Positions 27,401-34,882 of a stretch of DNA of 64,000 nucleotides are shown here, piece after piece. The stretch covers positions 1,568,001 to 1,632,000 of the forward strand of contig OZ241867.1 of the NCBI GenBank assembly GCA_965203175.1, written 5' to 3'. The number at the start of each line of letters is the position of its first letter. Positions within the stretch are counted from its first letter, which is position 1. The stretch comes from Candidatus Latescibacterota bacterium. GTDB lineage: Bacteria; Latescibacterota; UBA2968; UBA8231. Both the position numbers and the translations under genes were made by a program. Below the pieces are notes generated by a model. It made no database searches. It had not been told where the DNA came from and saw only the letters and a program-made list of their open reading frames with translations.

Positions 27401-27566
27401 GCAGGAAGCGGCCCAACAGCCCGTCCGTGCCGATTACCACGTTTTGGGCCGGGCCGCCAAGGCCGCGCAGCCGGGCGTAGTCTTTGCTAGAGCGGCTGAG
27501 CGCGGAGAGACCGATCCGCTGACCAGCCTATTCAGCCGGCTCTTTGCAGGGCTACCAGCGAACTAG
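24402..27566 (+). CDS. Miniature single-chain RNA polymerase beta-beta' (RpoB-RpoC)-like fusion protein
   Basis: Ordered RpoB motifs ([60 protein letters not shown].GQ) followed by RpoC motifs (SGRA, QVGLP..MA, DFDGDQ, SGARG). ATGA overlap with the sigma gene; GGAGGAG RBS. Confidence 0.9.
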   Translation: [1054 protein letters not shown]

Positions 27567-27579
27567 GTCTCAATCAATG

Positions 27580-28428
27580 TTACTGTACCACCGCTTCGTC
27601 GCCCAAATGCTCGCGGATCCACGCTTTCAGCGGCACGTCTTCTTCTTTCGGCGAGGTGTAGCCGTGCCCGCCGCTCGGACCGGCACCTAATAGCTGCTGC
27701 CGGATCGGATCGCAGCGGTCCATCAGGTGATCCACCGTCATGTCGTCGCGTGGCCGCAACCAGCGGTAGCTATAGCCGTAAAACAGCGCCCTGCGCGCGT
27801 CGGGCGAAAAGTTGTGACCGGCTGCATGCCAGATCCGCCGATCAAAAAACACCGCGTCTCCCGCCGCCACTTGGATCGGCGTTGTGCCTACTGGATCTAA
27901 GTCTTCGTCCTCGGGCATCTCGATCTCGTTTTTCAGGTGCGAACCGGGTACTGCGTGGAAGTTGCCGCGATTGGTCTCAGTGCAGTCCGTGAGAAAGTAC
28001 GCCACCTTGAGCGAGACCCTCGGCCGGGGCTGAGTCTCCATGTCGATGTTGAGCCGCCCACTGTCTTGATGCCAACCCAGCCGCTTGCGCGCGGGCACCA
28101 CGCCGTCTAAAGGCGGAGTGACGATCAAGTGCGAGTGGTAGAGTTGAATGTGCCAGCCCAAAATCCCGAAGACCTTGGCAAACGTCTTTGGCCAGTCGAG
28201 CAACTCCAAAAAGAGTTCGTCTTTGCCGATAAAGTCGAAAAAGTTGTGCATCTGGTGCTTTTCCAGCCCCTTTTGCAGCCGGGCCTCGGCGTCGAGGCGA
28301 TCGACGACGGGGATGAGCTGGGCGACTAAATCCAAGGGCAGCACATCGCGGACGATGAAGAAGCCGTCTTCGTCAAATTGGCGGCGCTCCTCCTCGGTCA
28401 ACGTATATTGCAGGCAGGTTGCATCCAT
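27580..28428 (-). CDS. PhyH-family dioxygenase
   Basis: FDEDGF, WHQD, VPGSH, GDAVFFD..IWHA, RR. Confidence 0.85.
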   Translation of the reverse strand: MDATCLQYTLTEEERRQFDEDGFFIVRDVLPLDLVAQLIPVVDRLDAEARLQKGLEKHQMHNFFDFIGKDELFLELLDWPKTFAKVFGILGWHIQLYHSHLIVTPPLDGVVPARKRLGWHQDSGRLNIDMETQPRPRVSLKVAYFLTDCTETNRGNFHAVPGSHLKNEIEMPEDEDLDPVGTTPIQVAAGDAVFFDRRIWHAAGHNFSPDARRALFYGYSYRWLRPRDDMTVDHLMDRCDPIRQQLLGAGPSGGHGYTSPKEEDVPLKAWIREHLGDEAVVQ

Positions 28429-28502
28429 GAGAAACCTCCAAATTGTAGGCAGTTCAATAGTATTTCAATTAACGGACATTACGCACAGGCTCCTAGGTAT
28501 GG

Positions 28503-28588
28503 GATGCTTCGCTTTGCTCAGCATGACAAGTGCTGGTTTGCTGCTTCACCGAGTCATGCTGAGCGAAGCGAAGCGGAGTCGAAGCATC
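28503..28588. repeat. REP-like intergenic inverted repeat
   Basis: gcttcgctttgctcagcatgac ... gtcatgctgagcgaagcgaagc form an imperfect long stem. Confidence 0.75.
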
Positions 28589-28617
28589 TATACCTCAATG
28601 CCCATGCGTAACATCAT

Positions 28618-29739
28618 TTAATAATGGCCGGGCAATCGCCGCACTGCCCCCGGTACTACCGGATCGCCACGGTGGGCACTCGCCACGGCCGCAAAACACA
28701 GCGCCAAACTCGCCAGATTAGCATGGGCACTATTGCTAGACTCGCGGCCCTCCTCGACGGCGCAGAGCAGTTCGGCCATGGTCCCGTGAAACCCCTGCTC
28801 AAACCACGTCCCCACAAGCTGCGGCCGGGCCACACCCGCTGCGGTGTACAAGATGACTTCCTGCGCCGTCAAATCCACGCCGCTAGCCCCTATTGTGCCC
28901 TCCGTGCCGACCAGATACGTGCGGTCCTGTTGTCCTTGGCGAGTGTTGCCGTTAAAGAAGATCGTCGCTTGCGCGCCCGCGCACTCAATCGCCGCTTGGG
29001 CCAAAAGCGGCGGCTTGGCATCCTGATCGGCTCCGTGCCGAGCCGAGGCGTGGACCCGTTGCGGCGTCTCATCTCCTAAAAGTACCGCCGCCATATCGAA
29101 CCAGTGCATCCCAAAATCGTAGAGCACCAGATCTTCCACCGCGTCAAAGGCGGACCCAGCGATCCAGTTGTGATCCCAATGCACGGCGAACTCGACGCTC
29201 TGCACTTGGCCGACCAAACCAGCGGTCACAGCGTGGCGCATGTAGCTAAAATGTGGTGCCCAGCGGCCATTCTGATTGACAGCTAGTTGCACGCCGCGCC
29301 GCTCGGCCCGCGCAATGAGCGCCTCGCCCACATCCAAGTCGAGCACAAAAGGCTTCTGGCTGAGGACGTGTTTGCCCGCGTCAATGGCCGCTTCAAGGAT
29401 CGGCAACCGCTCCTGCGGATGGGGCGTAACGTCCACCACCTCGATATCGTCGCGGGCGAGCAGATCCCGATAGTCGAGGTACGTATCGGCCGCTGGGTAA
29501 AACTCCCGCTGCCGCTGCTCGACGCGCTCCCGGTCGCGGCTGCACAGGGCTGCGACCTCATAGCCGGCGTTTTTATAGGCCCGCAAGTGCATCTCGGAGA
29601 TGCCGCCGCAGCCGATCAGGCCGATCTGTGGACGATAGGTCGCCGGATCGCACGGTTGGTAGGGCAAGTCCGGGGCTGCTACTTCGATCTCCGACCCGGT
29701 TTTGCCTCGGCCATAGCCGCTGTCTTGGCTTTCCGCCAT
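28618..29739 (-). CDS. Gfo/Idh/MocA-family oxidoreductase
   Basis: IGLIGCGGI, GKHVLSQKP, LYDFGMHWFD. Confidence 0.9.
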   Translation of the reverse strand: MAESQDSGYGRGKTGSEIEVAAPDLPYQPCDPATYRPQIGLIGCGGISEMHLRAYKNAGYEVAALCSRDRERVEQRQREFYPAADTYLDYRDLLARDDIEVVDVTPHPQERLPILEAAIDAGKHVLSQKPFVLDLDVGEALIARAERRGVQLAVNQNGRWAPHFSYMRHAVTAGLVGQVQSVEFAVHWDHNWIAGSAFDAVEDLVLYDFGMHWFDMAAVLLGDETPQRVHASARHGADQDAKPPLLAQAAIECAGAQATIFFNGNTRQGQQDRTYLVGTEGTIGASGVDLTAQEVILYTAAGVARPQLVGTWFEQGFHGTMAELLCAVEEGRESSNSAHANLASLALCFAAVASAHRGDPVVPGAVRRLPGHY

Positions 29740-29742
29740 GAG

Positions 29743-30819
29743 CTATTGAATCAGAGACAACGTGCGCTTCTGCGCGGCGCTCTGGTAGGCCGTATCGACG
29801 ATCTGTTGACCGATGCGACACAGCTCCGGCGAGAGCGCCCCTTCAATAGGTTGGTCCTCTTCAATGCAGTGAATCACGTACTGGACGGGATTCTGAAACG
29901 GCGGTTCGAGCGCGTCCACCGGTCGTTCTTCGGTTGCTGGCTGCGCCCGCGTCTGCACGCGGATTACCTCCTCGTAGTCGTAGGAACTGATCGTGCCCTC
30001 GGTGCCGACGATGACGAAGCCGCACTTGGGCTGGGGTTGCAGGGTCCAGGGGTCGGTAAAGGTGCCCCAGCGCGTCTCGAATTTCGACAGACCCCGCTCG
30101 TAGCGCGCCACCGCAATGCAGTGTTCATCCACTTCGAGCCCTTGAGGCTGATCTACGGTGGCCGTCACCTCAATCGGTGCCCGGCCGTCCATGTACCAGG
30201 TGCCCAACGTGGTGCCGTACCCTAGGTAGTCCAGCAGCGAGCCGCCGCCCGCGGCCTTTTTGTAAAACCAACTCGTGGGTTTTTCCCGCTCGACGACATC
30301 GGCGGTGCGCTCCACTTTGTCGGCGAGGTGCCACAGCGGCCCTCGGTTGCCGTCGTAGTAGTGGACTTCGATCACCTCGCCGATCTCGCCTTCGGCAATG
30401 AGCCGCCGCGCCGTGCGGTGCGGCGGATACCAAGCCAGCGGCCAGTTGATCGCCAACAGTTTGTCCGTCCCCTCCATGGCCCGCTGCATCTGGTCCGCCT
30501 CGGCGAGGGTGGCGGCGAAGGGTTTTTCCATGATGATGTGTACGCCGAAGGGCGCGACCTTTTCGGTCCATTCCCCGTGTTCAGCGGTAGCTGGGCACAA
30601 AAGAACAATGTCCGGCTGGGTCTTCTCCAGACACGCCCGGTAGTCGCTGAAAACCCGGTCGGCCGGAATGGCGAAATCCGCACACGCCTGCTTCATGCGC
30701 TCGGGCTGCTCGTCGCAGATGCCGACGATTTCGACATCTGCGTGCTCAAAGGCCATGCGCAAATTGTCGCCCATGTGCAGATGGTCGAAGTTGATCCCGG
30801 CGATTTTCCACTTGCTCAT
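29743..30819 (-). CDS. Gfo/Idh/MocA-family oxidoreductase
   Basis: HIIMEKPFA, GGGSLLDYLGYG. Confidence 0.88.
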   Translation of the reverse strand: MSKWKIAGINFDHLHMGDNLRMAFEHADVEIVGICDEQPERMKQACADFAIPADRVFSDYRACLEKTQPDIVLLCPATAEHGEWTEKVAPFGVHIIMEKPFAATLAEADQMQRAMEGTDKLLAINWPLAWYPPHRTARRLIAEGEIGEVIEVHYYDGNRGPLWHLADKVERTADVVEREKPTSWFYKKAAGGGSLLDYLGYGTTLGTWYMDGRAPIEVTATVDQPQGLEVDEHCIAVARYERGLSKFETRWGTFTDPWTLQPQPKCGFVIVGTEGTISSYDYEEVIRVQTRAQPATEERPVDALEPPFQNPVQYVIHCIEEDQPIEGALSPELCRIGQQIVDTAYQSAAQKRTLSLIQ

Positions 30820-30822
30820 GGT

Positions 30823-31659
30823 TTAGCTCGCAAGCTGTGCCCAAGCGGTTACATGGGGCGGCAGGGCAAGCGGACGTTTCGCCTTCACCACTTCTTGCCG
30901 AACCCGCTCGGCCATCGTTTCTACATCGACCTCTTCCGCCGTGGCGATCCCGAATTCTTCTATGAGCGGGAGCATGCTGCGAAAGCTGTTGGCAGCGAAT
31001 TCGTACCCGGCCCAAGACTCCGGGCCGCCGACCGGATACTCGCAATGCATGTATGGCTCGGGCAGGCCGGCCTCGACGAATGCGCGGTACAGGTTGAAGC
31101 CCATATCGATATGCGCCCCGGCCTGCTCAAACAGTCCGATAGCCCAATCGATTAGCTTGTTCGTTTGGGGTGTATCTGGATTATACATCTGTCGATAGGG
31201 GGTAAAATCAGCCTCCTGAAAAGCCACGATCCCCCCCGGGCGCAGGCGAGTCGCTAGCTGTTTCAGGGCGTCGGCGGGATCGGCCATGTACATGAGGACC
31301 AGCCGACCAGTTACGGCGTCGAAATCGTTTCCCACGTCCAAGGTCCGGGCGTCTCCCGCGACGAATTCGACGTTGGTAAACCCGGCGGCCTGTGCCCGTG
31401 CCCGCGCCGTTTCGAGAATCTCTGGATTTACATCCACGCCCACGACGGCTCCTTCTGGCCCGACCAACTCGGCGGCTGTCAGGGCCACGTCTCCGGGGCC
31501 GCTGCCAATGTCGAGTACCTTCATCCCGCTGCTGATGCCGGCCTCTCTAAAAAAGCGCCGCGTCACAGCGTCGTACAGTTGCGACTGCAGAATCAGACGC
31601 TCCTCCTCCCCTTGGGTGCGTCCCATCGTATATGTTGCATCGCTCTTCGATTCGCTCAT
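30823..31659 (-). CDS. Class I SAM-dependent methyltransferase
   Basis: VLDIGSGPG, VGVD, FDAV, LRPGG. Confidence 0.9.
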   Translation of the reverse strand: MSESKSDATYTMGRTQGEEERLILQSQLYDAVTRRFFREAGISSGMKVLDIGSGPGDVALTAAELVGPEGAVVGVDVNPEILETARARAQAAGFTNVEFVAGDARTLDVGNDFDAVTGRLVLMYMADPADALKQLATRLRPGGIVAFQEADFTPYRQMYNPDTPQTNKLIDWAIGLFEQAGAHIDMGFNLYRAFVEAGLPEPYMHCEYPVGGPESWAGYEFAANSFRSMLPLIEEFGIATAEEVDVETMAERVRQEVVKAKRPLALPPHVTAWAQLAS

Positions 31660-31897
31660 GGGATTCAATCCTCCTTTTCTGAGCTAGCTTTTTTGGGTGC
31701 GACAGTTCCTAGGTGTTGGGCAACCACGCAGGCTACCCATTGTCCACAGAGCACCTAGTGCGCTGAGGTCAATCCGGTATTCAAGATATTTTCGCGCAGA
31801 AAGTCAAACGCCGCGATCCTGTAAGCTATCACTCCACCCGGCTTGTCCCCGGTAGCCAATCGGCCAATATTAGGCCCAATTAACGGGGAGTACAACT

Positions 31898-32791
31898 ATG
31901 CGCTTGGGCGTGGGATTCTGGAGCGGCGTCAACCCCGCCAACATCGACAGCACCTTGCAGCGCTTAGCTCGTATAGGCGTCAAAGGACTCGGCCACATCG
32001 CCGCGCACGATTGGCACCCGGAACAGTTGCAGCGGTGCCGAGACGCGGTCGAAGCGCAGGGCTGCTTTATCGGCGAAGTGACCCTGTACCACTGTGGCTG
32101 GCCCCTAGCCAGTCCCGATCCCGACATCCGCCGAGAAGCCAGCGAATCCTTATCTCAAGGCTTCCGCGCCGCCCGCGCCCTCAACGCCCACTGCGTCGGC
32201 ATCAGCGTCATTGCCAACGGTCCCGAAGAAGGCGACCTGTGGTCCGACGAGGTCTGGCACCGGCTGGTACAGGGCATCGCCCAAGTAGCGACCGAGGCCG
32301 AAAACCTAGGCATCGATTTGGGCATCCACCCCGGCAATCGCGGCCCGCTCGACGCACCCGCACAACTGCACCGCCTGCTCGACGACGTGGCCTCGCCGAG
32401 GCTCAAAGTGATCCTCGATCCGGTCAATATGACTACCCACCGGACCTATTACAATACCACGGCCTTCCTCGACTACGCCTTCGATTTGCTAGGCCCGGAC
32501 ATTATCGCAGCCCACGCCAAGGATGTGTCCTTGGACATTTCCCACTGGGTGACCAAACTCGACGAAGTGCCCCTAGGGATGGGCCAACTCGACTACGAGA
32601 CCTATCTGAGACGTTTGGGAGACTTGGACGCGGACGTGCTGCTCACCATAGAGCACTACCGAGACGTCGGCGTTTCGGGCACGGTCGCCTCGCCAGTGTA
32701 CGTCAACTACCCCGACACAGACTGGGAAAACACGCGGGCGCGCAATTACATTCACGAGTTGGCGCAAAAGGTGGGCGTGGAGGTCCATTAA
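31898..32791 (+). CDS. Sugar phosphate isomerase/epimerase (xylose-isomerase-like TIM barrel)
   Basis: DPVN, HAKD, LG.G.LDY, IEH. Confidence 0.85.
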   Translation: MRLGVGFWSGVNPANIDSTLQRLARIGVKGLGHIAAHDWHPEQLQRCRDAVEAQGCFIGEVTLYHCGWPLASPDPDIRREASESLSQGFRAARALNAHCVGISVIANGPEEGDLWSDEVWHRLVQGIAQVATEAENLGIDLGIHPGNRGPLDAPAQLHRLLDDVASPRLKVILDPVNMTTHRTYYNTTAFLDYAFDLLGPDIIAAHAKDVSLDISHWVTKLDEVPLGMGQLDYETYLRRLGDLDADVLLTIEHYRDVGVSGTVASPVYVNYPDTDWENTRARNYIHELAQKVGVEVH

Positions 32792-32796
32792 TGATC

Positions 32797-32826
32797 CGCA
32801 GATGGACGCAGATGGACGCAGAATGG
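32797..32826. repeat. Short tandem repeat (cgcagatgga)x3
   Basis: cgcagatgga cgcagatgga cgcagaatgg in the intergenic region. Confidence 0.7.
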
Positions 32827-32915
32827 TATTGACAAGATAAGCCGCTTCTCGAATCGTTCAGCTCATTCAGGATGGCTATATCGGCCCGCTTTTTTGCAAC
32901 AAAAAGGATCGCGCC

Positions 32916-34487
32916 ATGAACCAACCCAAGATCATGTACTACCACGACGGTCGGCATCCCCACATCTACCGCTACGAGCCGCCCATGGCCCCCGAGGAAT
33001 ACGTCGCCTTGGTCGATGAATTGGCCGGCACCACGGTCGAAGCCATCGCCTTCTGCTTGGGCGAGGGCCGCACCATGCTGCACGACACTCGGGCCAGCGA
33101 GTTGATGGGGCACAATGTCGAGGTCTGGGATCACTACGTCTTTCGCCGCGCTTGGCAAAACGCCAAGTCCCTCATCGACGCTGGCCACGATCCCTTGCGC
33201 TTGGTCTGCGACCGTGCCCACGAGTTGGGCATTCAGGTTTATCCCCTCCTGATCGTCCAGCGCGGCGGCGTTGACCACGCCTCGACGCGCTGCTCCAATT
33301 TCCGCATTGAGAACCAGCATCTCGAAATTGGCGCGGCTGGCGATCTCGACCCGGACTACCCCGGCTTAGACGGCCTCGACTTCAAGCACCCAGAGGTCCG
33401 CGACGAGCGCTTTGCCATTGTCGAAGAAGTGATGAGCGAGTATCCATCCGACGGCTTTGAACTACAGCTCAACCAAATGCCCTATTTCTTCCACCCCGAC
33501 GAAATCGACGCTGGCCGCACCCTGATGACCGACTGGATCGGTCGGGTCCACGAAGCAGTCAAACACAGCGGCACCGACAAAGAGCTGGTGGTGCATATTC
33601 CCGACCGCCTGGAAGATTGCGCCCGCGCCGGACTCGACCCAGAGGAATGGGTCAAACGGGGTCTAGTCGATGTGATCGTCGCGGAAAATTTCGGCGAGAA
33701 CTACCGCTTGAAAATGCAAGCCGACTACGCGGAATTCCTCGGCCTCACCCAAGGGACGCCCTGCCGCCTATTGGCCCCCCTAAACGGCATGGTTTTTTCC
33801 GACCGTCTGCTCGACGCACCCTTGTCCATGCTGCGGGCCGCGGCCTGCAATTTTTGGGATCAAGGCGTTGACGGCCTTTATGTTTCCGAGTGGTTCCACT
33901 TGTGGCCGTACGAGGCGTCCTTTTACGAAAAGCTCAGAGAGTTGCCCTACCCCAGCATTATGGCAGCCAAGGACAAATACTACTTCTTGCTCACTAACAC
34001 CCAAGACGGCCCCGCAGTCAGTCGGCCCAATCCGCTACCGCGTCAATTGGATCTGAACCAACCCGTCGAATTGGAATTGACCATTGCCGACGACTTGCAA
34101 AAATGGGGGGAGGCCGACCGCGTCCACGAAGTTTTGCTGCGCTTCCGCATTCACGGCAATGTCGAGACCGATCGCATCCAATTTGCGCTCAACGGCCAAA
34201 TTTTGCCCGACGACCTGCGGCGCAAGATCAATTCGCTCTACAACATGGACGGCCCGCGCTATCGGGTGATGGGCGGATACTGGCACATTTTCAAATTGGA
34301 CGCGGCCCACTGGCCGGTGCGGGGTAAAAACCGCATTGAAGTGACGCTGTTGGAGCGCGACGCGGATTTAGCCGATCCCTACTGCACCCTGACCGATGTC
34401 GAGTTGGAAACTAAGTACCTCAAGGGCAGGAATTTCCACCGCACTTATGTCGATCCAGACTTGGGACCTTCCGAGCACAAGGTGTAA
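32916..34487 (+). CDS. Glycosyl-hydrolase-like (GHL10/DUF187-type) TIM-barrel protein
   Basis: DPL..VCDRAHELG, LDFKHPEVR, DGFEL, GVDGLY; similar architecture to 45765-47378. Confidence 0.6.
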   Translation: MNQPKIMYYHDGRHPHIYRYEPPMAPEEYVALVDELAGTTVEAIAFCLGEGRTMLHDTRASELMGHNVEVWDHYVFRRAWQNAKSLIDAGHDPLRLVCDRAHELGIQVYPLLIVQRGGVDHASTRCSNFRIENQHLEIGAAGDLDPDYPGLDGLDFKHPEVRDERFAIVEEVMSEYPSDGFELQLNQMPYFFHPDEIDAGRTLMTDWIGRVHEAVKHSGTDKELVVHIPDRLEDCARAGLDPEEWVKRGLVDVIVAENFGENYRLKMQADYAEFLGLTQGTPCRLLAPLNGMVFSDRLLDAPLSMLRAAACNFWDQGVDGLYVSEWFHLWPYEASFYEKLRELPYPSIMAAKDKYYFLLTNTQDGPAVSRPNPLPRQLDLNQPVELELTIADDLQKWGEADRVHEVLLRFRIHGNVETDRIQFALNGQILPDDLRRKINSLYNMDGPRYRVMGGYWHIFKLDAAHWPVRGKNRIEVTLLERDADLADPYCTLTDVELETKYLKGRNFHRTYVDPDLGPSEHKV

Positions 34488-34618
34488 CGAGCGGGGCGGG
34501 TTTGCAGCGAAGAAAACCGGGGATTTTCAGTTTCTTAGAATTACTGCGATCCCATCCTACAGGGATTTCGTGTGGTCAAGGCACTAACACAAGGCACTGA
34601 CACGGCGACGGAACTAGC

Positions 34619-34882
34619 TTAATGCTCGGTGTCTTTGGGCGGATTGGGATCACGTCCTGGCGCAATCGTGTCCTTGCTTCTGATCTTGCCATTGACGCCT
34701 TTTGTGGTCAATTCGCCGCCACCTTGGTTTTGGAGCATCTGGCGTGCAGCCGCGTTAGCTGCCCGCTGGGTATCGTGCTTGCTTGACGCCCTTTCAGCGT
34801 CGTTTCGCTTGTTAATCCATTTGTCACCGCTCTTGTAGACGGTACGGTCTCTGCCCTTACCGCCACCTTTGCCTGTGCTCAT
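34619..34882 (-). CDS. DUF2188-domain protein
   Basis: W..K...A.RAS..HDTQ.AA..AAR......GGEL..KG.NGKI..KDT...G.DP.PP. Confidence 0.8.
   Translation of the reverse strand: MSTGKGGGKGRDRTVYKSGDKWINKRNDAERASSKHDTQRAANAAARQMLQNQGGGELTTKGVNGKIRSKDTIAPGRDPNPPKDTEH

Noticed and set aside
24402-27566. Calling this the housekeeping rpoB/rpoC or a decayed pseudogene
   Set aside because: It is far too short and lacks rplL/rpsL context. It is nevertheless a single intact 1054-codon frame with an RBS, preserved catalytic motifs and domain-precise deletions, which is unlike random decay. No gene symbol was assigned.
23806-27566. Prophage-encoded RNA polymerase
   Set aside because: No phage structural, integrase or replication genes nearby; the flanks are metabolic PhyH genes.
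32797-32826. CRISPR array or functional repeat locus
   Set aside because: Only three 10-bp tandem units with no spacers and no cas genes.
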